64,000 nt of DNA, from assembly GCF_024697385.1 (NCBI RefSeq), contig NZ_JAILFV010000095.1:3233-67232 (forward strand), written 5' to 3'. Below the pieces are notes generated by a model. That model saw only the letters and a program-made list of their open reading frames with translations, did not search any database and had not been told where the DNA came from. The stretch's first letter is position 1. Each line of letters opens with the position of its first letter. Of the stretch, positions 28,444-38,919 are shown one piece after another. This stretch comes from Anaerovibrio sp. GTDB lineage: Bacteria; Bacillota; Negativicutes; Selenomonadales; Selenomonadaceae. The position numbers and the translations under genes are program-made.

Positions 28444-29412
28444 TCAAACAACTCCCTGACGCAGCAAATCCGTCAAATGTACGATACCTACAGGTTTTTT
28501 ATCAGCATCCACCACTGGTAAAACCGTAATAGGCCTTGGCTTATGCTTTTCCATAATACTCAGTGCTGAAGCCGCAAGCTTTTCCTTGGATATGGTCAAT
28601 GGTGTCCTGGTCATCAGCTCCTCCACTGATTCATCGAGGAATTGACTTCCCTTGGCCAGGCACCGTCGTATATCACCATCAGTGACAAGTCCAATAAATA
28701 CCCCATTATCATCTACTACAGAGGTAGCACCCAACCCTTTGTCCGTCATCATAAAGAGTGCTTCCTTGGCAGTAGCACTGTAATGTATAATCGGATTGTC
28801 CTCCCCACTGTGCATGACATTTTCCACGGTAAGGAGCAACCTCCTGCCCAAGGAACCTCCCGGATGAAACAATGCAAAATCCTGACGGGTAAAGTTCCTT
28901 GCCTCAAGGAGTGCCACCGTTATGGCATCTCCCATGGCCAAAGTGGCAGTAGTACTGGCCGTAGGTGCCAATCCCAAAGGACAGGCTTCCTTTTCCACAC
29001 TCACATCCACATAAAAATCAGCATTTTTCCCAAGGGAAGAATCACGACGCCCTGACATTGCTACAATTTTAGCCCCTATACGCTTGATAACAGGCAATAT
29101 ATTGACGACTTCAGCACTTTCTCCGCTGTTAGATATGGCAATAACCACATCCTCGGCAGTCACCATTCCCAAATCACCATGAAAGGCCTCTGCCGGATGC
29201 ATAAAGAAGGCCGGTGTACCTGTGCTGGCCAGGCTGGCAGCAATTTTCCTGCCAACATGTCCTGACTTGCCCATACCAGTTACTATGACACGCGCTTTAC
29301 AGTCCAGTATACACTGTACCACGCGTTCAAATTCATCATCCACATGATTAATAAGCTCAAGAACCGAATCTGCCTCTATACGCAGCGTAGCAATTGCCGA
29401 ATCCTTTATCAT
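28444..29412 (-). CDS. kdsD: arabinose 5-phosphate isomerase (KpsF/GutQ family)
   Basis: GMGKSG, HGDLG, EACP.GLAPT, HPGG.LG, CBS pair. Confidence 0.95.
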   Translation of the reverse strand: MIKDSAIATLRIEADSVLELINHVDDEFERVVQCILDCKARVIVTGMGKSGHVGRKIAASLASTGTPAFFMHPAEAFHGDLGMVTAEDVVIAISNSGESAEVVNILPVIKRIGAKIVAMSGRRDSSLGKNADFYVDVSVEKEACPLGLAPTASTTATLAMGDAITVALLEARNFTRQDFALFHPGGSLGRRLLLTVENVMHSGEDNPIIHYSATAKEALFMMTDKGLGATSVVDDNGVFIGLVTDGDIRRCLAKGSQFLDESVEELMTRTPLTISKEKLAASALSIMEKHKPRPITVLPVVDADKKPVGIVHLTDLLRQGVV

Positions 29413-29499
29413 TAATATGACTCCTCTATCTTATGACGCATTGTTCAAATCCTTATTCTCCACAAAAACCATATGCTGATACAATCCGGGAGAAAAATA

Positions 29500-30318
29500 T
29501 CATTTTCTTACCACATCATGTATTGCTATAGCACTCTTTAAAAGATCTTCCAGCTTATCAAGATAAACCATGTTAGGACCATCGCACAAGGCTTCCTCAG
29601 GATTATCATGAACCTCCATAAAGAGAGCATCCACGCCGGCACCCACTGCAGCCCTGACGAGATGAGGTACATATTCACGGTTTCCCGCTGAGCAGGTACC
29701 TGCTCCACCAGGTAACTGCACGCTATGAGTACCATCAAAAACTACAGGATAACCAAAGGACCTCATGATAGGGAATGCACGCATATCTACAACCAGATTG
29801 TTATAGCCAAAGGTTGCACCACGCTCAGTAAGCATAATCTGTGAGCATCCACCCTCGTGGAGTTTGTCAACAACATTGCGCATATCACCAGGCGCCATGA
29901 ACTGTCCTTTTTTGACATTGACCACGGCACCACTTTGGGCAGCAGCGTATAAAAGGTCAGTCTGACGGCATAGGAACGCAGGAATCTGGATAATGTCTGC
30001 CACCTTGGATACCGGCTTTACCTGCTCCTCAGTATGAACATCCGTAACAATAGGCACCTGCAGTTCATCCTTGATGGTCTGAAGCATTTCCAGCCCCTTT
30101 TTCAAGCCAGGACCACGGAAGCCATTAAAGGAAGACCGGTTAGCCTTATCAAAGGAGGCCTTGAATACATATGGTATACCCAGTCTGCTGGTTATTTCCT
30201 TGATAGTACGGCCTATCATCAGGCAGCGGTCCAAACCTTCCAGTACACACGGACCAGCCAACAACGCCAACGGCTTGCCATTACCAATCTCAAAATTTCC
30301 CACCTGAACCGTATTCAT
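29500..30318 (-). CDS. kdsA: KDO 8-phosphate synthase
   Basis: AGPCV, FDKANRSS, QIPAFLCRQT, KKGQF, THSVQ. Confidence 0.97.
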   Translation of the reverse strand: MNTVQVGNFEIGNGKPLALLAGPCVLEGLDRCLMIGRTIKEITSRLGIPYVFKASFDKANRSSFNGFRGPGLKKGLEMLQTIKDELQVPIVTDVHTEEQVKPVSKVADIIQIPAFLCRQTDLLYAAAQSGAVVNVKKGQFMAPGDMRNVVDKLHEGGCSQIMLTERGATFGYNNLVVDMRAFPIMRSFGYPVVFDGTHSVQLPGGAGTCSAGNREYVPHLVRAAVGAGVDALFMEVHDNPEEALCDGPNMVYLDKLEDLLKSAIAIHDVVRK

Positions 30319-30335
30319 ATTCCTTACCATCCTTT

Positions 30336-31082
30336 CTAGGCTTTATGCCCATTTAAACGCTTTTCATATTCTATATTGACCAACTCCAGATCCTCCGGTG
30401 TATCTACACCAACAAAGTGGAAGTCAGTTTCTATAACCTTTATCCTGTAGCCATTTTCCAGGGCCCGAAGCTGCTCAAGAGATTCGGTCCTTTCCAAATC
30501 TGTAGGTTCCATTTTGGCATAACGCAGTAAAAAGTCCCGTTTATAAGCATATATTCCGATATGCTTATATACCTTCACCCCAGTATTTTCCCGGAAAAAA
30601 GGCAATACCGATCTGGAAAAATACAGTGCATAGTCCTTTTTGTCGGTTACCACCTTTACATTATTTGGATTATCAATCTCGGCTTTATCCAATATCGGCG
30701 ATTTCACTGTTGCCATCTGCAGGTCCGGATCCTCGTCAAAAGCCCTTGCCAGGGCATCTATGATGGCAGGCTCTATCAAGGGCTCATCCCCCTGAACATT
30801 TATGATGAGCTCTGCCTCCGGATGTGCCGCTGCCACCTCTGCCAGACGATCTGTCCCCGTAGGATGATTTTTTGCTGTCATCATGGCCTTGCCGCCATTA
30901 TTCACTACAGCATCATAGACCCGTTTGTCATCAACGGCCGCTATTACATCAGTAATTCTTTTCGCCTTTGCTGCCTGCTGGTATACTCTGACAATCATAG
31001 GCTTACCGGCTATATCTGCCAAAGGTTTACCCGGCAGTCTGGTTGAGGCGTATCGCGCCGGAATAATACAAAGAGTATTCAT
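30336..31082 (-). CDS. kdsB: CMP-KDO synthetase
   Basis: IPARYASTRLPGKPL, GTDR, NVQGDEP, LEQLR; start at MNTL. Confidence 0.97.
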   Translation of the reverse strand: MNTLCIIPARYASTRLPGKPLADIAGKPMIVRVYQQAAKAKRITDVIAAVDDKRVYDAVVNNGGKAMMTAKNHPTGTDRLAEVAAAHPEAELIINVQGDEPLIEPAIIDALARAFDEDPDLQMATVKSPILDKAEIDNPNNVKVVTDKKDYALYFSRSVLPFFRENTGVKVYKHIGIYAYKRDFLLRYAKMEPTDLERTESLEQLRALENGYRIKVIETDFHFVGVDTPEDLELVNIEYEKRLNGHKA

Positions 31083-31086
31083 AAAA

Positions 31087-33573
31087 TCAGCCTTTCTTCC
31101 TGCGACCCTCAAGCTTTTCCCTGAGCATCGCCTCAAATTCATCTTTTCCATCCTGCAATACCACCTCTACAGTGAGGATATACACAGGAATCGCCTTATC
31201 CTCCGGTACAGCCGCCAAAAATTCCATAGGCAGCTTTACCGCATCCTTCTCAGTAGTAACAATAGCCTCTGCACCTTGGCGTACAGCCTGTTCCATGGCA
31301 TCGACCATTTCCTCCTGGGTATACTCATGATGATCCGGGAAACGGAAGCTTTCAATTATGACGGCACCGGTACTGCAGACAGTCTGCTCAAAGGACACCG
31401 GATTGCCAATAGCTGACAGGGCAACTACCTTTTTCCCTTTGATTATTGTTACAGGCATTCCCTCGTCGGCAATATTCCGCTTCCACTCACACAGTTCAAT
31501 ACAGGACTGCGGATGATGTATACTTTCGACAATAATAGGCTGTTTACCGTATTTTGCTATCTGATCACGGACATATTTATTATATCCTGGTAATCCCTGA
31601 TCAACCTTGGTCATCAGGCACACATCAGCCCGTTCCAGATGATTCAGTGGCTCCCGCAGGGTTCCCCTTGGCAAAACATATCCATTGCCAAATAAATTTA
31701 CTGAATCTATAAGCACCACATCTATATCCCTTACCAGCTTCCAATGCTGAAAACCGTCATCAAGGATTGCAACCTCTGCCCCAAAGTTATCGACTGCATA
31801 CTGTCCGGTTTTGGACCGATCCGCCCCAATGAGTACAGGTACATCCGGCAAATGCTTTGCCAGCATGTACGCCTCATCACCAGCCTGATCAGCCTCCATA
31901 TAAATATGTTTGCCGTCAGAAACCAATCCAACCTCCCCCTGCCATTTGGCACGGTAACCACGGTTCAGTATTACCACCTTGTAGCCCATATCCCTGATAT
32001 ACCTTGCCATTCGCTGTGCAGTAGGCGTCTTGCCGGTACCTCCAACAGTTATATTACCAAGACTGATAACAAAGCAATCAAGCCTGGTACTTTTGCAGAT
32101 ACCAAATTTGTAGCTGTCCAGCTTAATGTTGACCAACAAGCTGTATACATGAGACAGGAGATAGAGTATATGGACCACACAACGGGTAAGAAAGCCCTGG
32201 GGTTCTTTATTATGCACTATCTGCATGAAATAGGTCTGGAAGTTTTCCAGCTTATCTGTAGCCTTGACCTTATTCTGCTCAACCTTTTGCAGTAAATCAC
32301 CCAATATTACAGCGGTCCGTTCTGCAGCTCCCTGGTTTTCACTTACGATGGACAGGGTTTCACGCTCCATACGATGACGCTCATCATCATCCTGAAACAG
32401 TCTTTGCACCTCATCCACCAGCTGATTACCGTCACTGACAGTGACAACTGCATTGCGGTTCTTGAACAGCGTATGGGTATCCTTGAAGTTAAACATATTA
32501 TCCCCCACGATAATCGCCTTACCGTGAGCTGCCGGCTCCAGTATATTATGTCCCCCATGGGGTGCCAGGCTGCCCCCCACAAAGATAACATCCCCTACAC
32601 TGTACATCTTGCCAAGCTCGCCAATTGTATTGAGTATTACCACATCATGATCTGTGGAATATTTTTCCTGCAGCTGGGTTCTGGTAACAGCCTTAAAGCA
32701 ATATTGATCACAAAGCTCCAGGATTGTATTGGTGCGCAGGATAGCCCGGGGAGCAATAACCAGCTTAGCCTTCGGAAACAGCCTTTTCAGATTGTTATAG
32801 GCCTTCAGGACATGCTCCTCCTCCCCTTTATGGGTAGAACCAGCCAAAAAGATTCCCTGATTGTCATCCAGGCCCAATTCCAGCAGCAGATTATGTTTTT
32901 CCTCTTCGCTTACATTTGTGTAGGTCTGATCAAACTTGGTGTTGCCTGTAACAGTAACAAGCGCAGGGTCTGCACCAAGCTTTATTATATTTTCGGCATC
33001 CACACTGGACTGCATGGCAAAAACCTTAATGGTACTGAGAATTTCATCCCACAGGCTGTACATATAGCGATAGCGCTTTACGCTTTTATCACTGATACGG
33101 CCATTTACCATCAATACCGGGATATCCAGGCGTTTGCAGGCCCTGAGAAAATTGGGCCATAACTCAGTCTCCACAGGCATAAAAACCCGTGGGCGGACAC
33201 GATAGAGGAGATTTGCTGATAACCAGGGCAAATCAAAGGGAAAATGGATAATACTGTCTGCATCCTTTATTATGCGATTGGCCATTTCATAGCCGCTGTT
33301 GGTAAATACAGACACCAATATCGGACTTTGCGGAAATTTACGATGAAATTCCGTTATTAAAGGACTGGCGGCGACTATTTCCCCCACCGAAGCAGCATGA
33401 ACCCATATACAATTTTTACGGACAACCTTGTCCAGGGAATGCTTCGGCAAAAAACCAAGCTGCTGTTTGATTCTCTGAACAAATCCTTTTTCCCGGACAG
33501 CCCGAATACAGAATACCGGTGTCATCAGTATAACAACCAGTATAGCTGTAATATTGTACACTAAATGCAGCAT
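31087..33573 (-). CDS. waaA-lpxK: fused KDO transferase (WaaA) - tetraacyldisaccharide 4'-kinase (LpxK)
   Basis: N half: WVHAASVGE, ETELWPN, GGHNILEPA. C half: GNITVGGTGKTP, RGY, DDGFQH, P.GTLRE, FPDHH, TTEKDAVK. One continuous 828-aa frame. Confidence 0.93.
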   Translation of the reverse strand: MLHLVYNITAILVVILMTPVFCIRAVREKGFVQRIKQQLGFLPKHSLDKVVRKNCIWVHAASVGEIVAASPLITEFHRKFPQSPILVSVFTNSGYEMANRIIKDADSIIHFPFDLPWLSANLLYRVRPRVFMPVETELWPNFLRACKRLDIPVLMVNGRISDKSVKRYRYMYSLWDEILSTIKVFAMQSSVDAENIIKLGADPALVTVTGNTKFDQTYTNVSEEEKHNLLLELGLDDNQGIFLAGSTHKGEEEHVLKAYNNLKRLFPKAKLVIAPRAILRTNTILELCDQYCFKAVTRTQLQEKYSTDHDVVILNTIGELGKMYSVGDVIFVGGSLAPHGGHNILEPAAHGKAIIVGDNMFNFKDTHTLFKNRNAVVTVSDGNQLVDEVQRLFQDDDERHRMERETLSIVSENQGAAERTAVILGDLLQKVEQNKVKATDKLENFQTYFMQIVHNKEPQGFLTRCVVHILYLLSHVYSLLVNIKLDSYKFGICKSTRLDCFVISLGNITVGGTGKTPTAQRMARYIRDMGYKVVILNRGYRAKWQGEVGLVSDGKHIYMEADQAGDEAYMLAKHLPDVPVLIGADRSKTGQYAVDNFGAEVAILDDGFQHWKLVRDIDVVLIDSVNLFGNGYVLPRGTLREPLNHLERADVCLMTKVDQGLPGYNKYVRDQIAKYGKQPIIVESIHHPQSCIELCEWKRNIADEGMPVTIIKGKKVVALSAIGNPVSFEQTVCSTGAVIIESFRFPDHHEYTQEEMVDAMEQAVRQGAEAIVTTEKDAVKLPMEFLAAVPEDKAIPVYILTVEVVLQDGKDEFEAMLREKLEGRRKKG

Positions 33574-33591
33574 TAATATATGTCTCCTCGC

Positions 33592-35322
33592 TTATGCGTT
33601 GTTATTACGGAACTGTATGTTGTATAGGTTACTATACAGACCATTCATGGCCAACAGCTTCTCATGAGTACCATGCTCAACAACATGCCCATTCTCAATG
33701 ACAAAGATCTGATCGGCATTAAATATCGTGGACAGCCTGTGGGCAATCACAAAGGAGGTACGCCCACGCATCAGCTTATCCAAAGCATCCTGAACGATTT
33801 TCTCACTTTCAGTATCCAAAGCTGATGTGGCTTCATCAAGGATTAAAACCCTTGGATTTTTCAAAATAGCCCTGGCAATAGCCAGTCGTTGGCGCTGTCC
33901 ACCGGAAAGATTCAGCCCCCGCTCACCAATTTTGGTATCGTAGCCTTCCGGCAGTTCAACGATAAATTCATCTGCATTTGCAGCCTTGGAGGCAGCAATA
34001 ATTTCCTCATCAGTTGCATCCAGCCGGCCATATCTTATATTCTCCATCACAGTGGTGCTGAACAGCATGGTTTCCTGTGGGACCAACCCGATTTGTTCCC
34101 TAAGGGAATCTGTGGTGACATCTCTTACATCATAGCCATCCACACTTATACTCCCGGAATCAATATCATAGAATCGGGGAATAAGGTTAGCAATTGTGGA
34201 TTTACCGCTGCCGCTTGGACCCACCAGGGCTATCATCTGTCCGGGCTCTGCTTCCAGATTTATATTGGACAGTGCATTCTGTCCTTCCTTGTAAGAGAAG
34301 GTAACATTATCGAACACCACCCGGCCCTTAACAGCCGGCAATTCAACGGCACCAGGGCGGTTTTTGATTTTCTCATCCATATCCATTACATCAAACACCC
34401 GGTCAGCAGCGGCCATGGCCTTCTGGATACTGCCATATACACGGCTGAGGCGTTTGACAGGGTTGGCCAAATTGACTGCATAAGTCAAAAAGGCCACCAG
34501 TTCACCGGCGGTAATAGTCTCGTTAACCACTTCATATCCGCCAAACCAAACAATAAAGGTAACTGCCACAGCAGCCAAAAATTCTACGGTTGGTGTAAGC
34601 AGACTCATGAGCTTTACATTTTTCATGGCCGCCTGGAAATTCAAAATATTTTCCCGCTCAAACCGTTTTATTTCATAGGCTTCCCTAACAAATGACTTGA
34701 CCACCCTGATAGCAGAAATGCTTTCCTGAAGCATGGAGGTAATATCTGCCATTCTCTCCTGAATCAAGGTTCCTGATGATTTGAGCTTGCGCCCGAAAAT
34801 CTTCATAGCATATCCGACCAATGGAATAGTCATCAATGTCAGCATGCTAAGCCGCCAGTCAAGGTACACCATCATCACCAGAGAACCTATCAGAATCGAT
34901 GACTCTGTGACCATTTCAATAAGATTGTTGACAATGGCATTCTGCATGGCAGAAACATCATTGGTGACATAGCTCATAACCGTACCTGTCTGTGTCTTAT
35001 CATAGTAAGACAACGGCATGCGCTGAAACTTTTTAAACAAAACGCTTCTCACATCTATGATAACGCGCTCACCTACATAGGATACAAGATAACTCTGCCC
35101 ATAATAGAATACGCCCCTGATGAACATAACCACCAAAATACCTATGGCAATAAGATTCAGCATATACATATCCCGGTCCAGGAGTACCTTATCTATCATG
35201 TCCTTGATGATCCAAGGCAGATAGAGATTGGCTCCTGCCGCCATAATAATACACACCACTGCCATCAGCAGCCGTTTAATATATGGCTTTATATACATAA
35301 GCAGACGCTTATAATTCTTCAT
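33592..35322 (-). CDS. msbA: lipid A flippase ABC transporter
   Basis: Six-TM domain plus NBD (GPSGSGKST, LSGGQRQR, DEATSALD); between lpxB and waaA. Confidence 0.9.
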   Translation of the reverse strand: MKNYKRLLMYIKPYIKRLLMAVVCIIMAAGANLYLPWIIKDMIDKVLLDRDMYMLNLIAIGILVVMFIRGVFYYGQSYLVSYVGERVIIDVRSVLFKKFQRMPLSYYDKTQTGTVMSYVTNDVSAMQNAIVNNLIEMVTESSILIGSLVMMVYLDWRLSMLTLMTIPLVGYAMKIFGRKLKSSGTLIQERMADITSMLQESISAIRVVKSFVREAYEIKRFERENILNFQAAMKNVKLMSLLTPTVEFLAAVAVTFIVWFGGYEVVNETITAGELVAFLTYAVNLANPVKRLSRVYGSIQKAMAAADRVFDVMDMDEKIKNRPGAVELPAVKGRVVFDNVTFSYKEGQNALSNINLEAEPGQMIALVGPSGSGKSTIANLIPRFYDIDSGSISVDGYDVRDVTTDSLREQIGLVPQETMLFSTTVMENIRYGRLDATDEEIIAASKAANADEFIVELPEGYDTKIGERGLNLSGGQRQRLAIARAILKNPRVLILDEATSALDTESEKIVQDALDKLMRGRTSFVIAHRLSTIFNADQIFVIENGHVVEHGTHEKLLAMNGLYSNLYNIQFRNNNA

Positions 35323-36479
35323 TGATTTACCTCCAGCTCAGCCCCATTATCTCGGGCTGCCGCTATAATCCTTTCAGCCACACGGGACGCAGCCCCAGGC
35401 TCGCCCAGCTGTTTTACCGCAGCAGCAAGTCCATCTATGACCATATTGCGGTAATCCGGTGAAGCATAATACTTCCTGGCCTGTCTGAATATCTCAGCAC
35501 CGGTAACCTCATCCTGCAGAAGCTCCTTTTGGACCTCCTTGCCTGCCAAAATATTAGGCAGCGTGAAATAATCTATATCCACCAGCAGCTTGCCTATGGC
35601 ATAATTTAACGGTGCCATACGGTACAGGGCTACACAGGGCAATCCCATAATAGCTGCCTCCAGTACCACTGTACCGGATGTAGCAATAGCAAACTGACAG
35701 ATATTCATTAAATCATAAGTATGATCCCGGGTATAGTGAATAACCACACCACAATCCCCGGCAAATTCCTCCAAAAAGTCCTGGCTTATTCCCGGGGCCA
35801 CAGGCAAATAAAATTCGAGCTGCGGATTATCCTCCTGTAGCAATTTAGCCCCATCCAGCATTGGTGGCAGCAATTTGGCAATTTCCTGTCTTCTGCTCCC
35901 AGGCAAAAGAAGCACCGGTACAGCTTCCGGCGAAACCGAAAAATATTTTTTGGCCTCATCAGCTGACATAGATGCCTTCACAGTATCAAGCATTGGATTG
36001 CCACAAAATGATATATTCGCCCCTGCTGCCTCATAGACAGGCAGCTCAAAAGGAAATATGGCCACCAGCTCATCTGCAACAGCAGCACATTTCCTTGCCC
36101 GGCCCTTACGCCATGCCCAGGCCGAGGGCGGAATATAGGAAAAAACCGGTATTCCCATTGCTTTTGCCTTAGCGGCCAACCGCCAGTTAAAATCAGGGTA
36201 ATCAATAAGTACCAGAAGATCCGGTTTTTCACTGCGCATAAAATCACATAACCTGTTTAAAAGGAGAAAAATGCGTCTAATGTTTTTAATTACTTCCCAA
36301 ACGCCCATTACGCTATATTCACGCATATCAGCACACAAGCGTACCCCGGCATCTGCCATTTGCGGACCCCCAAAGCCAATTAATTCAGCATCAGGACATT
36401 TTTCCAGCACAGCCTTGGCCAAGCTGGCCCCGTGCAGATCGCCGGAGGGCTCACCGGCAGAAAACATTATCTTTAACAT
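35319..36479 (-). CDS. lpxB: lipid A disaccharide synthase
   Basis: AGEPSGD, IDYPDFN, WAWR, LPGSR, SGT..LE, LPNI. Confidence 0.96.
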   Translation of the reverse strand: MLKIMFSAGEPSGDLHGASLAKAVLEKCPDAELIGFGGPQMADAGVRLCADMREYSVMGVWEVIKNIRRIFLLLNRLCDFMRSEKPDLLVLIDYPDFNWRLAAKAKAMGIPVFSYIPPSAWAWRKGRARKCAAVADELVAIFPFELPVYEAAGANISFCGNPMLDTVKASMSADEAKKYFSVSPEAVPVLLLPGSRRQEIAKLLPPMLDGAKLLQEDNPQLEFYLPVAPGISQDFLEEFAGDCGVVIHYTRDHTYDLMNICQFAIATSGTVVLEAAIMGLPCVALYRMAPLNYAIGKLLVDIDYFTLPNILAGKEVQKELLQDEVTGAEIFRQARKYYASPDYRNMVIDGLAAAVKQLGEPGAASRVAERIIAAARDNGAELEVNQ

Positions 36480-36561
36480 TTTCCCCCTCATTTCTGAAGC
36501 ATAATGATTTATCATACAAAATGCGTTACACTATATTATCGCACATTTCCTGTTTATGCAC

Positions 36562-36596
36562 AAGAAAGGGACTGCTTCCGTCAGCCCCTTTCTTTT
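36562..36596. terminator. probable terminator after lpxI
   Basis: AAGAAAGGG...CCCTTTCTT inverted repeat. Confidence 0.55.
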
Positions 36597-36612
36597 AATA
36601 TGAACTAAATTT

Positions 36613-37422
36613 CTATTCCATGACAACAATAGCTATGTCATTTGCATCTGCCAGCTCTACCACCCTGGCCTTATCGACCAGCAGCGTTCGCCCGGCCTCT
36701 ATTACCAACGCCTTGGCTCCTACAGCAATCATACTTTCCAGTGTAGTAACTCCCACTGCAGGAACATCAAATCTGAAATCCTGTTTTGGTTTTGCCACCT
36801 TGGCAACAACTGCGCCTCCCCGTGCCAGCTCACCGCCACGACGGATACACGCATCTGTACCCTCTATAGCCTCCAGGGCCATAACCCCCAGATTCTTGAC
36901 CACTGCAGTCTGCCCTACATCCAAGCGTCCTATTTCCCGGGCCATTTCCATACCGAATTTCATATCTTTTATTTCATCATCAGTAGGTTGACGCCTGGTA
37001 AGCACTCCGGCCGCAGGCATCAATGACTTGATCAGTTCAGTCTGGTCAAAGGCCTCCAGCCCGTCCTTTGCCAACTCATTAATAAAGGCCAGCATCAAGG
37101 TATCATCCTTACGGTCCGGCAAGGTAAATATAAGTGACAGCATCCTTAAATCCGGCTGAACATGTTGGCCACTATATAAAATCTCCTTGGTAACCTTGCC
37201 CAACATGGTAACCTTATGGACACCATTCTCTTTCAAATAATCTATTATAGCCTGCAACTGGGCAACATTGATATCTGTATATCCGGCCACACATTCCTGC
37301 AGTTCTTCATCCACTCCGGGAATCAGACCAACAGCATATACCTCATATCCCAGCTTCCCTGCAGCTATTGCACACTCTACAGGCAACCTGCCAACACCGG
37401 CCAACAGCCCGATTTTTTCCAT
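36613..37422 (-). CDS. lpxI: UDP-2,3-diacylglucosamine pyrophosphatase LpxI
   Basis: IGLLAG.GRLP, DVGQ, ALEAIEGTD, KPKQDFRFDVP; directly after lpxA. Confidence 0.92.
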   Translation of the reverse strand: MEKIGLLAGVGRLPVECAIAAGKLGYEVYAVGLIPGVDEELQECVAGYTDINVAQLQAIIDYLKENGVHKVTMLGKVTKEILYSGQHVQPDLRMLSLIFTLPDRKDDTLMLAFINELAKDGLEAFDQTELIKSLMPAAGVLTRRQPTDDEIKDMKFGMEMAREIGRLDVGQTAVVKNLGVMALEAIEGTDACIRRGGELARGGAVVAKVAKPKQDFRFDVPAVGVTTLESMIAVGAKALVIEAGRTLLVDKARVVELADANDIAIVVME

Positions 37423-37438
37423 ATTTAACCTCCGCCAA

Positions 37439-38281
37439 TTAATCCTCAGCGTCGTCTGCCGAATCCTTGGAATTATGTCTGTTACTTGGACGGCAGATTC
37501 CCCGGTCAGCATTCTTCAGGAATGTAAGGAGGTGCTCTACCTCCTCACAGGATTCCACCTGATTTTCGATTTCCTTAATGGCATCATCCAGCCTGAGCCC
37601 GGAACGATACAGCAGCTTGTATGCCTGCTTTATCTTTTTGCGTGATTCGATTGAAATGCCTGCCCGGGACATACCTATAGTATTAAGCCCACAGGCCTTG
37701 GCAGGAGACCCCTCCACCAATGTAAACGGCACAATATCATGCACATTCCGGGACATGCCACCCACCATGGCATTGCGCCCAATACGCACGAACTGATGAA
37801 AGCCTGCCATTCCACCAACAACGGCCCGGTCCTCGATGATTACATGCCCTGCTATCATAGCTGCATTGGCCATAACTACATGATTTCCCAAAACGCAGTT
37901 ATGTGCTATATGTACATATGCCATCAGCAGACAGTCATCACCTATACGGGTCACTTCATCTTCCCCGCAGGCACGATGCACAGTGCAAAATTCATGAATC
38001 TTGGTACGATCACCTATTTCAACGAAGCTGCGCTCTCCCTTAAACTTCAGGTCCTGAGGCTCCTCACCTACAGATGCCCCCTGAAAAATATGACAATCCT
38101 TACCAATTTTGGTCCATCCGGTAAGCACTACACTAGGTCCAATCTCAGTACCATCACCTATCTCGACATGCTCGCCAATCACCGAAAATGGTCCTATCTT
38201 GACATTTTTCCCCAGCTTGGCATTTGGATGTACCACAGCAAATTTATGTATATCTGCAACAGAATTGTTATTATCTGTCAT
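37439..38281 (-). CDS. lpxA: UDP-GlcNAc O-acyltransferase
   Basis: Hexapeptide repeats, PQDLKFKG, HIAHNC, HQFVRIG. Confidence 0.96.
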   Translation of the reverse strand: MTDNNNSVADIHKFAVVHPNAKLGKNVKIGPFSVIGEHVEIGDGTEIGPSVVLTGWTKIGKDCHIFQGASVGEEPQDLKFKGERSFVEIGDRTKIHEFCTVHRACGEDEVTRIGDDCLLMAYVHIAHNCVLGNHVVMANAAMIAGHVIIEDRAVVGGMAGFHQFVRIGRNAMVGGMSRNVHDIVPFTLVEGSPAKACGLNTIGMSRAGISIESRKKIKQAYKLLYRSGLRLDDAIKEIENQVESCEEVEHLLTFLKNADRGICRPSNRHNSKDSADDAED

Positions 38282-38436
38282 AAAACTACACTCCTTTAGT
38301 ATGCCCAATAATATGCACCTACTATTATATAAATTAATATAATGTCATAAGCAGTTACATCTCATTTTTGGCGAAAATAAGCCATATATGGGCAAATACT
38401 AAAAATTATTCCATTTTTCACAGCAATATACCCATA

Positions 38437-38877
38437 TTACTGATTTTCTGGTCGCTGCAGGGCAAAAGTAAAATCTCCCTGTGCCGCAAAAACATTATCA
38501 ACAAAAGCCTCTGCATGAAGGCGGCCATAGTCGCCATGCACTTTCATAAGCTCAGCCTTCATAATAAGCTGATCCCCCGGAACAACCATTTTTTTAAATT
38601 TAATATTATCCATGCCCCCAAACAGAGCTATTTTCCCCCTGTTTTCCTCAGGATAAAGCATGGCAATGCCCCCCACCTGCGCCATGGCCTCAAGGATCAG
38701 AACGCCAGGCATGATGGACTTATGAGGAAAATGACCATGAAATTGCGGTTCATTGAAAGTTACATTCTTGATGCCTGTTGCTGATTTAAAAGGATCAATT
38801 TCTATAATCCTGTCAACCAGAAGAAAAGGTGCACGATGAGGCAAAATTTTCTTAATCTCGTCTATTTCTAATATCAT
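38437..38877 (-). CDS. fabZ: 3-hydroxyacyl-ACP dehydratase
   Basis: LPHRAPFLLVD, GHFP, MPGVLILEAMAQ. Confidence 0.97.
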   Translation of the reverse strand: MILEIDEIKKILPHRAPFLLVDRIIEIDPFKSATGIKNVTFNEPQFHGHFPHKSIMPGVLILEAMAQVGGIAMLYPEENRGKIALFGGMDNIKFKKMVVPGDQLIMKAELMKVHGDYGRLHAEAFVDNVFAAQGDFTFALQRPENQ

Positions 38878-38919
38878 GGTAAAAACCTTCTTTCTTTTAG
38901 CGTAGTTTTCTATTTATAT

